Shown here piece by piece: positions 47,284 to 56,466 of a stretch of DNA of 64,000 nt. Under the pieces are notes generated by a model. The model saw nothing but the letters and a program-made list of their open reading frames with translations. It was not told where the DNA came from and made no database searches. The translations under genes were made by a program, and so were the position numbers. Each line of letters starts with the position of its first letter. Position 1 is the first letter of the stretch. Origin of the DNA: an uncultured Prolixibacteraceae bacterium (lineage in GTDB: Bacteria > Bacteroidota > Bacteroidia > Bacteroidales > FEN-979); the NCBI GenBank assembly GCA_964605775.1, contig CAZSDU010000001.1, positions 102,741-166,740 of the forward strand, written 5' to 3'.

Positions 47284-47306
47284 CCCCTCCCCTTGGAGGG
47301 GAGGGG
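47284..47306. repeat. GC-rich REP-like palindrome in the serS leader
   Basis: cccctcccc-ttgga-ggggagggg. Confidence 0.7.
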
Positions 47307-47336
47307 CTCTTGTCACAAAAACAAAACTTCCGTAAA

Positions 47337-48608
47337 ATGCTGCAATTAAACTATATCCGGGAACATGAAGCAGAAGTCTTAGATCGGCTTTCCATCAAGA
47401 ATTTCAATGCCCGTGATATGATCCGGGAAATTATCCTGCTGGATAATACGCGTAAGGAAACGCAAAAAATGCTGGATGAAATCCATTCCCGTGAAAACAG
47501 TCTGGCAAAAGAAATCGGAATATTGTTCAAAGCCGGGAAGCAGGAAGAAGCCGGTGCCCTGAAAGCACAAACAGTTCAATTAAAAAATACGGCCAAAGAA
47601 CTGGACCTGAAACTTGAAACCACCTGTAAATCCCTGGATGAGCTGCTGGTGAAAATTCCAAATCTCCCTCACCCGGATGTCCCTCCGGGGAAATCCTCAG
47701 AAGATAACATTACTGTTTTTCAGGAAGATAACATCCCGTTTGATACTGCCGGTTTACTGCCCCATTGGGATTTGTGTTCCAAATACGATCTGATTGATTT
47801 TACGACGGGGACAAAAATCGCCGGGGCAGGATTTCCCTTATATAAAGGCAAAGGAGCCCGGTTGCAGCGCGCCCTGATTAATTTTTTCCTTGAAGAAGCA
47901 ATCCAGGCAGGGTATGAAGAAGTACAACCACCCTACATGGTAAATTCAGCTTCAGCCTTTGCCACCGGACAACTGCCTGATAAAGATGCCCAGATGTATC
48001 ATGTCGGACTTGACAATCTCTACCTGATCCCCACCGCAGAAGTTCCGGTGACCAATATTTACCGGGATACAATTCTGAAAATCAAGGATATGCCACTGAA
48101 AAACGTAGCCTATTCCGCCTGCTTCCGCCGTGAAGCCGGTTCTTACGGTAAAGACGTGAGGGGTTTAAACCGCCTTCATCAGTTCGACAAAGTAGAAATC
48201 GTTCAGATCGTCCATCCCTTACATTCCTACGAAGTGCTCGAAGAAATGCGGGAATACGTAGCCGGGCTGCTACGGAAGCTGAAACTCCCTTTCCGTATTT
48301 TAAAACTCTGCGGAGGGGATATGAGCTTTACATCCGCTATGACTTATGATATGGAAGTATGGTCATCAGGACAGGGCCGCTGGCTTGAGGTCAGTTCCGT
48401 TTCAAATTTTGAAAGCTTCCAGTCCAACCGAATGAAACTCCGCTTCAAGGACGATGACGGTAAAATGCAGATGGCCCATACCCTGAACGGAAGCGCCCTG
48501 GCCCTACCCCGCGTTGTGGCAGCCCTGATGGAAAACAACCAGACCCCTCAGGGAATAATCATTCCGGAAGCGCTTGTGCACTATACAGGGTTCAACATTA
48601 TCAATTAG
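47337..48608 (+). CDS. serS: serine--tRNA ligase
   Basis: N-terminal coiled arm, LIPTAEVP, FRREAGSYG, RLHQFDKVE, TLNGSALA; start ATG at 47337. Confidence 0.97.
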   Translation: MLQLNYIREHEAEVLDRLSIKNFNARDMIREIILLDNTRKETQKMLDEIHSRENSLAKEIGILFKAGKQEEAGALKAQTVQLKNTAKELDLKLETTCKSLDELLVKIPNLPHPDVPPGKSSEDNITVFQEDNIPFDTAGLLPHWDLCSKYDLIDFTTGTKIAGAGFPLYKGKGARLQRALINFFLEEAIQAGYEEVQPPYMVNSASAFATGQLPDKDAQMYHVGLDNLYLIPTAEVPVTNIYRDTILKIKDMPLKNVAYSACFRREAGSYGKDVRGLNRLHQFDKVEIVQIVHPLHSYEVLEEMREYVAGLLRKLKLPFRILKLCGGDMSFTSAMTYDMEVWSSGQGRWLEVSSVSNFESFQSNRMKLRFKDDDGKMQMAHTLNGSALALPRVVAALMENNQTPQGIIIPEALVHYTGFNIIN

Positions 48609-48640
48609 GAATTAAAAATTGGGAATTAAGAATGAGGAAT
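48603..48640. repeat. degenerate 7-nt array over the serS stop codon
   Basis: aattagg aattaaa aattggg aattaag aatgagg aat. Confidence 0.65.
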
Positions 48641-48732
48641 TTTTTTAATAAAAAATTTATAAATATTTCCATTTTAATTTTTCTCGTATTTATTAATTTT
48701 TAATTTTGTTTTTCATCTAAACCTTTTATTCT

Positions 48733-49326
48733 ATGAAAAAATACTTTTTATTTTTCGTGTTCCTGCTTTCAGCAAGCATTGTTTTTGCAGGACTTGATCT
48801 GGGTGTAAAAGTTGGCTATAATGCCGCCAAACTATCCACCAGTATGGACTCCATTAAAACCAACTTTAAATCCGGTTTTCAGTTTGGTGTCTTTGTCCGT
48901 ATCGGAAAACGCTTATATGTTCAGCCCGAAGCTTATTACACTACCCAGGGAGGTGTTTTCACCAGCAATGTATCAAACTGGAAGCAGAATGTCAAATTAG
49001 GTTCCGTGGATATCCCCGTCCTTCTGGGGTTTAAGATCATCAACAACGATAACCTGAACCTCCGCATCCTTGCCGGACCGGCTGCCTCCATCATCGTAAA
49101 CAAAACGATAGAGAACACCGGAAACATAACCGATCCCATCACCAAGGCTGACATCCATACCTTGAACTGGAACATCCAGGCAGGAGCCGGGGTGGACATC
49201 TGGAAGTTCACGCTCGATGTCCGTTACCAGATAGGATTGAATCAACTGATCAAAGACATTGGAAATAAGAAATTTAACTCCCACAACAACGTCTGGGTGG
49301 TCAGTCTCGGGTTTAAAATATTCTAA
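48733..49326 (+). CDS. outer-membrane beta-barrel (porin family/PorT-like)
   Basis: Signal peptide; GVKVGYN, YVQPEAYY, DIPVLLG, ILAGP; terminal aromatic LGFKIF. Confidence 0.85.
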   Translation: MKKYFLFFVFLLSASIVFAGLDLGVKVGYNAAKLSTSMDSIKTNFKSGFQFGVFVRIGKRLYVQPEAYYTTQGGVFTSNVSNWKQNVKLGSVDIPVLLGFKIINNDNLNLRILAGPAASIIVNKTIENTGNITDPITKADIHTLNWNIQAGAGVDIWKFTLDVRYQIGLNQLIKDIGNKKFNSHNNVWVVSLGFKIF

Positions 49327-49344
49327 TTCTTTATTTTACCCGGT

Positions 49345-49743
49345 ATGGAAAAAAGATACTATTTCCTTATCCTGGTTATTTTTTCCCTGACCTTTGTAAT
49401 CGTTGCATGCAATAAACTGGAAACGAATGACAATCCCCTTCCTGTATGGGAAGATACAGGCCCTGACTCAGTGACTTTTTCCGTCACGGTTCAGACCCTC
49501 GAGGGCATTCTGCTTCCCGGACAATATGTCAATCTGGCCTTTTCTCAAGACAGTATGGCCCAGGGCATCATGGTGAGAAGGGTCGCCACCAATGGCATCG
49601 GGCGGGCTCATTTTCCCAGATTGTATCCCCGCAAATACTATTACAATTGTTACGCCACTTATCTGACCAATATTTATTACGGATACTCTCTGATAAAATT
49701 GAATCCCATGGATATACGGGATACTATTCTCACGGTACATTGA
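49345..49743 (+). CDS. hypothetical lipoprotein (Ig/transthyretin-like)
   Basis: VIVAC lipobox; ATNGIGRAHF beta-rich segment. Confidence 0.6.
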   Translation: MEKRYYFLILVIFSLTFVIVACNKLETNDNPLPVWEDTGPDSVTFSVTVQTLEGILLPGQYVNLAFSQDSMAQGIMVRRVATNGIGRAHFPRLYPRKYYYNCYATYLTNIYYGYSLIKLNPMDIRDTILTVH

Positions 49744-49749
49744 AATGTT

Positions 49750-50796
49750 TTGATCGTTAACGGAAAAAATTACAGGACAGTCTGGTCAGAGGAAAACAGT
49801 GTTTTCTACATTGAGCAGAACCTGCTTCCTTTTCAGTTCATTATTCGCAAGGCAGACCAATACAGGGAATGTTGTCATGCCATTAGCAACATGGAAATCC
49901 GTGGCGCAGGGGCCATCGGGGCCATGGCCGGCTTTGCCATGGCGCTGGCTTTCAGGGAAGCGCCCGAAAAGGGATTCAGCGGTTTTGTCAACCAGGCCAG
50001 GCGCGATATCGAAGCCACCCGACCCACCGCCAGGAACCTGTTTTACGCGGTTGAAAAAGTCTATGACAAAGGACTGGTTTCCATTCAGGAAGCCGAAGCA
50101 GAGGCCCAGCGTCTGGCCGATCAGGATGCAGAGAGCTCCCGCCGGATCGGGGAACATGGATTGACCCTGCTGCGCGATGGATATTGTATCGAAACCCATT
50201 GCAATGCCGGCTGGCTGGCTTTCGTGGATTATGGTACGGCCCTCTCCCCTGTTTATCTGGCCCATCAATCGGGTATGAAGATATTTGTCTATGCCGATGA
50301 AACCCGTCCCAGGGGACAAGGCGCCAGGCTCACAGCCTGGGAGTTGCAGCAGGCAGGCGTACCGCATGTAATCATCCCCGACAATGCCGGGGCAGCCCTG
50401 ATGGCTCAAGGAAAAATTGACTTGATGATCACCGGGGCCGACCGCATTGCTGCCAACGGAGATACGGCCAATAAAATAGGCACGCTTGAGAAAGCCATTG
50501 TCGCTAAAAACCTGGGGGTTCCGTTCTATATTGCAGCGCCTACTTCCACTTTCGATCTGCAATGTAAATCCGGAAAGGATATCGTGATCGAAAACCGGAG
50601 TTCGGATGAAGTCTTGTACCAGGAGGGCGTGAACGAAAAGGGTGAATGGGTGAAAATCAGGGTTTGTTCTCCCGGTTCTCAAGCATTAAACCCGGCTTTC
50701 GATGTTACACCGGCAAAATTTATCAAGGGAATAATCACTGAAAAAGGGATCATTAAACCTGATCCTGAATCCATAAGGAGACTTTTTAAAGGGTAA
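49750..50796 (+). CDS. mtnA: S-methyl-5-thioribose-1-phosphate isomerase
   Basis: IRGAGAIG, TRPTARNL, THCNAGWLA, DETRPRGQGARLTAWEL, GADRIAANGDTANKIGT, NPAFDVTP. Confidence 0.93.
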   Translation: MIVNGKNYRTVWSEENSVFYIEQNLLPFQFIIRKADQYRECCHAISNMEIRGAGAIGAMAGFAMALAFREAPEKGFSGFVNQARRDIEATRPTARNLFYAVEKVYDKGLVSIQEAEAEAQRLADQDAESSRRIGEHGLTLLRDGYCIETHCNAGWLAFVDYGTALSPVYLAHQSGMKIFVYADETRPRGQGARLTAWELQQAGVPHVIIPDNAGAALMAQGKIDLMITGADRIAANGDTANKIGTLEKAIVAKNLGVPFYIAAPTSTFDLQCKSGKDIVIENRSSDEVLYQEGVNEKGEWVKIRVCSPGSQALNPAFDVTPAKFIKGIITEKGIIKPDPESIRRLFKG

Positions 50797-50809
50797 ATCA
50801 GTATGGTGT

Positions 50810-51940
50810 TTACTGATAAAATGCTGAGATTTTTTTGCAGATAAAATTTATCTGAGCGTTTTTGAGTTTATAGAAGAAAGGTAATCTTAGCAGGCAGTTG
50901 CTGAACGTATCGGTATTGGGTAAAGCCCGGCCACTATATTTTTCTGAGAGATAGGGACTGGAATGCAAGGGAAAATAATGAAAAACGGCATGGATTCCAT
51001 GATTTTTCAAATCGTTAAGTAAACGATCTCTTTCTTCCCGGGTATGTGTCACCATATAGAACATATTGCCGTTGACCGTAGCAAACTCAGGAATCACGGG
51101 ACATTTCAGATATCCTTTTGCTTCCAGCGGCTGTAGTCTTTCATAATACCGCCACCAGATTTTCCGGCGATGCCGCTGGATGTCATCAAGCCGGGACAGT
51201 TGTGTATATAGAATTGCGGCAGTGGTATCTGAGGGCAGAAAAGAAGATCCGATATCGACCCAACGGTATTGATCGATTTCACCCCGGTAGAAAGCAGCGC
51301 GGTTAGTACCCTTTTCCCAGATGATCTCTGCTCTTCCTGCATCTTCCTGACGATTGATTACGAGCATCCCGCCTTCTCCTGAAATGATATTTTTTGTTTC
51401 ATGAAAAGAAAAGGTACTGTAATCGCCAAAGGAACCCAGGGGACGTCCGCGATAATAGGAATCAAAAGCATGAGCGGCATCTTCAATGACTTTAATGCCA
51501 TGTTCCCCGGCAATCGCCATGATCCTGTCCATTTTACAGGCCAATCCGCTGTAGTGAACCACCACGATCAGCTTCGTCCTTGGCGTGATCAGCCTGGAAA
51601 TCTCTTCGGGATCTATATTGGGGACATCTGAGAGTGTATCCGCAAAAACCAAGCTGGCTCCCCTCAGCAAAAAAGCATTGGCGGTGGACATAAAGGTGAA
51701 GGAAGGAAGAATGATCTCATCCCCGGGTCCGATCCCGGAAAGCAGGGCCGACATCTCGAGGGCATCGGTACAGGAAGTGGTCAGCAGTACCTTGCGGAAT
51801 CCAAAACGATTTTCCATTACACGATGACATTTTTTGGTGTAAGGTCCGTTACCGGATATGTTGCCGGAAATGGCGGCGAGCGCCAAATTCTTGATGGTCA
51901 ATAGGGGAAAATAAGGCTTATTGAAAGGGATATGGCTCAT
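50810..51940 (-). CDS. wecE: dTDP-4-amino-4,6-dideoxygalactose transaminase (WecE/RffA family)
   Basis: TSCTDALEM, PSFTFMSTANAF, EDAAH, SFHETKNIISGEGG, EKGTNR. Confidence 0.9.
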   Translation of the reverse strand: MSHIPFNKPYFPLLTIKNLALAAISGNISGNGPYTKKCHRVMENRFGFRKVLLTTSCTDALEMSALLSGIGPGDEIILPSFTFMSTANAFLLRGASLVFADTLSDVPNIDPEEISRLITPRTKLIVVVHYSGLACKMDRIMAIAGEHGIKVIEDAAHAFDSYYRGRPLGSFGDYSTFSFHETKNIISGEGGMLVINRQEDAGRAEIIWEKGTNRAAFYRGEIDQYRWVDIGSSFLPSDTTAAILYTQLSRLDDIQRHRRKIWWRYYERLQPLEAKGYLKCPVIPEFATVNGNMFYMVTHTREERDRLLNDLKNHGIHAVFHYFPLHSSPYLSEKYSGRALPNTDTFSNCLLRLPFFYKLKNAQINFICKKISAFYQ

Positions 51941-51968
51941 AAATAGCGAAATAGTGAAGGAGCGAAAT
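51941..51968. repeat. degenerate 8-nt array immediately upstream of the wecE start
   Basis: aaatagcg aaatagtg aaggagcg aaat. Confidence 0.6.
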
Positions 51969-52032
51969 TATGAAATTCAGCTGGAATTATTTTACTTTTG
52001 TCCGCAATTTTGACTTTCATTTCCTTCATCCT

Positions 52033-53352
52033 TTGGCAAAAAGAACTTACCTCCGCGATATCCTTAGCATTTTAAGCAGTAACCTAATGGCTGCATGCTG
52101 CAACCTGGCCATAGGAATCATCTTGTCGAGGCTGTTGGGTGCAGCCGGTTATGGTTTATATTCCGCCATTATCGTGGTACCCATGATCGTGATCGGATTT
52201 ACCCAGTTAGGTATCAAACGGTCCACGATTTACCACATTGGAAATAAGCTACTGCCGGAAGATCATATTGTATCTGCTCTTTTCATTCTGCTGATTTATA
52301 CCAGTGTTTTGAGTATTCTCATCTGCGGACTGGTCTATTTTTTTTCCGCCACCCAACCCTTCGACCCCCTGATCGTAGTGTTTGTGCTGCTCACCATTCC
52401 GCTTCTTTTGACGAATGTATATGCCGGAGGCGTTTTCCTGGGGAAAGATGAGATCAGGCGGGCAAGTATCGTCAATGCCGGGCCTACCATCCTTATCCTG
52501 GTCTTCACCATTATTTTTGTATGGGTATTTCCCCTTTCGGTACTGGGAGCATTTTTAGCCATTCTGGTGGCAAATATCCTGATGTGTTTTTATAATTACC
52601 ATGTTTTCTTCAGGGTGTATCAGTACAGAATTACCTGGAAATACCATGAATCGCTCATTAAAAGCATGATCAAGCTGGGGTTGGTTAATGCCATGGCTGT
52701 TTTTATCATGCAGCTCAATTATCGCATGGATATCCTGATGCTGAAAAAACTCTCTTCGCTGGAGGAAGTTGGGTTTTATTCCCTTGGGATGCAGATCGCC
52801 GAGCAGCTTTGGCATATTCCCTATGCCATCGAAACGATCATTCTCAGCCGTTCTGCCAATTCCAACAACGATCAGCAAATCAACCGTACGGTAGCCTCAA
52901 TTTTCAGGGTTTCCCTGATCCTTGGCGTAACGGGAGGAATACTGATTTTTTTCATTGCTCCGTTGTTAATTCCTCTGATTTTTGGGAAAGCATTCATCCC
53001 AAGCGTCACCATGATCCAGGTGGTGCTTCCCGGGGTACTTTTCCTCGTAGGATTCCGAATCCTGAACAGCAGGTTGACGGGAATGGGGAAACCTCAGGTT
53101 GCGATATATGCTTTTCTTCCGGCCCTGGTCATCAATTTCATTGCCAATCTGTTCCTGATACCCCGCTTTGGCGGAATAGGGGCAGCCTGGGCCACCAACA
53201 TCAGTTACGGGATTGGCTCCCTTGCGTTTATCCTGGTCTATTCCCGTCTGTTGAAAATACCTTTGACCGAAATTTTAAGGATCAGGAAAAGTGATTTTTA
53301 TTTCATCCGTGATTTTAAAAAGATTCTTTATGAAAAACGAAGATCTAAGTAA
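52033..53352 (+). CDS. Wzx-type polysaccharide flippase
   Basis: About 12 TM; SRLLGAAGYGLY, YRMDILML..EEVGFYSLG, IPRFGGIGAAWAT; probable TTG start at 52033, downstream of TACTTTTG at 51993-52000. Confidence 0.88.
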   Translation: MAKRTYLRDILSILSSNLMAACCNLAIGIILSRLLGAAGYGLYSAIIVVPMIVIGFTQLGIKRSTIYHIGNKLLPEDHIVSALFILLIYTSVLSILICGLVYFFSATQPFDPLIVVFVLLTIPLLLTNVYAGGVFLGKDEIRRASIVNAGPTILILVFTIIFVWVFPLSVLGAFLAILVANILMCFYNYHVFFRVYQYRITWKYHESLIKSMIKLGLVNAMAVFIMQLNYRMDILMLKKLSSLEEVGFYSLGMQIAEQLWHIPYAIETIILSRSANSNNDQQINRTVASIFRVSLILGVTGGILIFFIAPLLIPLIFGKAFIPSVTMIQVVLPGVLFLVGFRILNSRLTGMGKPQVAIYAFLPALVINFIANLFLIPRFGGIGAAWATNISYGIGSLAFILVYSRLLKIPLTEILRIRKSDFYFIRDFKKILYEKRRSK

Positions 53353-54454
53353 GATACCCATTTTTTTTATCTTCGGACGACCCCGTTCCGGGACTACCTT
53401 ACTCACCACCCTTTTCAATGCGCATCCGAACATACGGATTGCACCGGAATTCCCGATCATGCTTTTCCTTTACCAAAAGTTCAGAAAAGTAAAAAATTGG
53501 GACGAAGCGACCATCAGGTCATTTATTGAACATGCCTATTACAATTCCAAATTCAATTACAGAACCCTTGAAAATCTGAAGATCGACAAGGAAAACCTCC
53601 TGGGGGACCTCATGAAATACCAGGGAAAAAATGATGTCAGCGTCTTTCTGAAAAGCATTAATTACCATGCGTTTTCGCTGTTTAAAAAAGAAGAGACGCT
53701 TTGGATTGGGGATAAAAACCCGATTTATTCCATCAATGCCCACCGCTTCCGCAAAATCTTCCCTGAAGCAAAATTCATCTGCATCATAAGGGATTACCGG
53801 GATAATTTTATCTCTATCCGCAAATTGGCGGAAAAGCAGGTGGAAGTTGAAGCCCCTGTATTGGATCTCCAGGTTGCCAGATGGCGTTTTTTTACCCGTC
53901 TGTTTTTTCAATGTCAAAGGAAATACCCGGATAAATATTATATCCTCCGTTATGAAGACCTGGTGACGGATCAGGAGAAAACCTTTCGTTCACTCTGTGA
54001 ATTCCTCGGCATTGTCTATGATCCGGCGGTTTTTGATTTTCACCGGAAAAAAGAAGAAACCCTGAATACTTATGGGAATGTGATCTGGGAGAAATTCCAT
54101 GAAAACCTGCTGAAGCCGATCCATACCGGAGGCATGAATACCTGGCAGAATGAGCTTACTCCAGCCCAGGTCAGGATGGCTGATCAGATCGCCGGAAAAT
54201 ATGCGGATCAGTTGGGATATCCGAGAGGAAACAAGCGTTTAAATGTTTGGTTGTTTCTGAAATCCAGACCCATGGTGGCCTACAATTATATCCTGCTGAA
54301 CCTGATGGTCTTTGGCACTTATCTGCCCTACAAAGCAAGTCGTTGGTGGTTTTTTAAATCCCTGATATTGCTTAAGATCTATATGCGATTCTTTGGCAGG
54401 AAAAAAGTTCCTATTCCCCATCCAGATGGTCCGCAACCAGCCTCCGGTCGTTGA
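53330..54454 (+). CDS. PAPS-dependent sulfotransferase
   Basis: 5'-PSB motif GRPRSGTTLL, GDKNP, 3'-PB IRDYRDNFIS, RYEDLV; start ATG at 53330. Confidence 0.88.
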   Translation: MKNEDLSKIPIFFIFGRPRSGTTLLTTLFNAHPNIRIAPEFPIMLFLYQKFRKVKNWDEATIRSFIEHAYYNSKFNYRTLENLKIDKENLLGDLMKYQGKNDVSVFLKSINYHAFSLFKKEETLWIGDKNPIYSINAHRFRKIFPEAKFICIIRDYRDNFISIRKLAEKQVEVEAPVLDLQVARWRFFTRLFFQCQRKYPDKYYILRYEDLVTDQEKTFRSLCEFLGIVYDPAVFDFHRKKEETLNTYGNVIWEKFHENLLKPIHTGGMNTWQNELTPAQVRMADQIAGKYADQLGYPRGNKRLNVWLFLKSRPMVAYNYILLNLMVFGTYLPYKASRWWFFKSLILLKIYMRFFGRKKVPIPHPDGPQPASGR

Positions 54455-56117
54455 AATTACCGTTGACATAGCGCTGCATCAGTTTAAACCGCTGGAGTTT
54501 GCCACTGGATGTTTTGGGGATTTCATTTGATTTAACCAGGATCAGCTCATCCATGGTGATCCCCAGGTTACTGCGCAGCAAAGCCCTGAGTTTCCGAAAA
54601 ACCTCCCTGGATTTTTCCTGATGAAGACCAGCCACAAAAGCGATCACTTTATCCTGTCCTGTCTCCCTGGCAGTCGTTCCTCCGAAACAGATCTTCCCGA
54701 AGTCGATTTCTTCCAAGGTGCAAGCCATGGCTTCGAGATCGTTGGCGAAATAATTGCGTCCATACTTAAAAATGATGTCTTTATAGCGTCCGCTGATATA
54801 TAATCGACCTTTATAGAAGAACCCGATGTCACCGGTTCTGAGCCATTCCCCGCAGAATGCAGCTTCCGTGGCTGGCGGATTGTTGTAATACCCCCGGGTA
54901 ACGCCGGCGCCCCTCAACTGGATATGACCCGAATTCCCTTCCTGAACGGGCTGATCATGCTCATCCGTAATCCGTATTTCGACTTCATTCAGCGCAAGGC
55001 CGACCTCGGAGAGTATCCTTGCCTCCGGATCTGAGGGATCCACCTCCCTGACCCGGTTTTCCGTATCCAGCAACATTGCATCAAAGGCCTTTATCTCCGA
55101 TGGTTCCATCAGCGGAGTGAAAGAAACGGCAAGCGTAGCCTCTGCCATCCCATAAACCGGCATCATCGCCTCTGGTCTGAACCCATATGGCTGAAGCACT
55201 TCCATGAATTCCTTCATGATGGTCACGGAAATGGGTTCGGCCCCATTAAGCAGGGCTCTCATGGCAGAGAGATTCCAGTCGGCCACAGGATTTTTCCGAT
55301 GAAAATAGCGTAAAAATAAAGCCAGTCCAAAGTTGGTACAACCAGAAATCGAAACCTTATGCTGACTCATTAAATTCAGCCATAAACCCGGATTCATTAT
55401 AAAATCATACGTTTCAATAAGGTATTGATATGATAGTGAAAATAAAGGGGTCAGATGATATCCTATTAAACCCATGTCATGGAAAAGTGGCATCCAGTTA
55501 CCGATATGATCAGGAAAGTGTAAATCAAGACCGATGCGTATGGCTTCCATGTTCACTATCAGGTTGGCGTGAGTGAGCATAACTCCTTTAGGCTCCCCTG
55601 TGCTTCCGGATGAAAACTGAATAAAAGCCAGATCATCGGGATTCAGCTTAGGTTTGGGATAGACCGCCTTTACCTCCAGGTCATTCTTGTGCTTGATTGT
55701 TTCCCGAGGTAACACGTCGGTATCCAGAAAATCCAAACTTAAAAAAACATAGGGTCTTCCGAGTTGTTCAAAAATATTCAACAGTTTCACAACCGGAGGG
55801 TTATATCCTGAAAAGGTCATGGGGGGCTGAAGAATGGTTGGGATAAGCCCAAGCAGAAAACAACCCCAGAGCAATTCAACCGTTTCCCGGTTATTGTTAA
55901 GGGCAAGGATCACTTTATCCCCCTGCCTGAGCCCGAGGGCATACAATCCGCCCGCCAACTGTTCGGCTTCGGTCAGTAAATCTTTCACATTCTGAATTTC
56001 GAGTTCCCCGTTTTTATCGGAATAGGCGATAAACAAATCCGGGTGTTTACGAATGGCCCTGTAAAGAATATCCGGTAAGGTGAGTTCAGCTTTGTAGTAT
56101 GCAGTTGGTAAAGGCAT
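54411..56117 (-). CDS. fatty acyl-AMP ligase-like adenylation enzyme
   Basis: FIQFSSGSTGEPKGV, WMPLFHDMGLIG, PVYGMAEATL, LRTGDIGF, KTSSGKLQR. Confidence 0.88.
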   Translation of the reverse strand: MPLPTAYYKAELTLPDILYRAIRKHPDLFIAYSDKNGELEIQNVKDLLTEAEQLAGGLYALGLRQGDKVILALNNNRETVELLWGCFLLGLIPTILQPPMTFSGYNPPVVKLLNIFEQLGRPYVFLSLDFLDTDVLPRETIKHKNDLEVKAVYPKPKLNPDDLAFIQFSSGSTGEPKGVMLTHANLIVNMEAIRIGLDLHFPDHIGNWMPLFHDMGLIGYHLTPLFSLSYQYLIETYDFIMNPGLWLNLMSQHKVSISGCTNFGLALFLRYFHRKNPVADWNLSAMRALLNGAEPISVTIMKEFMEVLQPYGFRPEAMMPVYGMAEATLAVSFTPLMEPSEIKAFDAMLLDTENRVREVDPSDPEARILSEVGLALNEVEIRITDEHDQPVQEGNSGHIQLRGAGVTRGYYNNPPATEAAFCGEWLRTGDIGFFYKGRLYISGRYKDIIFKYGRNYFANDLEAMACTLEEIDFGKICFGGTTARETGQDKVIAFVAGLHQEKSREVFRKLRALLRSNLGITMDELILVKSNEIPKTSSGKLQRFKLMQRYVNGNFNDRRLVADHLDGE

Positions 56118-56144
56118 AAGAGATCATTCAAAAAGGATTGAACT

Positions 56145-56198
56145 GCAAAGTAACGGATTTTTGTCTATATCTCTTTCTCGGGAAAATTCTTACATTTG
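56145..56198. promoter_or_regulatory. divergent -7 elements for FAAL1 (minus, TACTTTTG 56145-56152) and ACP (plus, TACATTTG 56191-56198)
   Basis: Two TAnnTTTG matches in a 100-bp divergent spacer. Confidence 0.55.
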
Positions 56199-56217
56199 CG
56201 CCAAAATTTGATGCCCC

Positions 56218-56466
56218 ATGAAAATTGAAGATTTCATCGCCCAACTGGAAGAAGAATATGAAGATATCAAACCCGGGACGCTTAGCCCTGAAAGTGTCTT
56301 CAGGGAAATTTTTGAATGGAGTTCCATCAACGCGCTCATCTTGATTGCCCTGGTAAAAACCCAGTACGATGTAACGATCAATGCTGAAGATATTGCCAAA
56401 TCCGTGACCATAAAAGACCTTTTCGGAATTATCCAGGAAAGGGCCCAAAAAAATCAACCGGTTTAA
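56218..56466 (+). CDS. acyl carrier protein
   Basis: 82 aa, acidic; FEWSSINALILIA (Ser attachment site), KSVTIKDLF. Confidence 0.85.
   Translation: MKIEDFIAQLEEEYEDIKPGTLSPESVFREIFEWSSINALILIALVKTQYDVTINAEDIAKSVTIKDLFGIIQERAQKNQPV

Noticed and set aside
47166-47336. 57-aa N-terminal extension of SerS
   Set aside because: It runs through palindromes and a promoter motif; SerS similarity starts at the ATG at 47337.
49786-50682. 298-aa antisense ORF over mtnA and similar shadow ORFs (e.g. 32237-32860, 33266-33955, 22716-23231)
   Set aside because: They lie fully opposite well-supported genes and have no recognisable motifs; typical of reverse frames of real genes.
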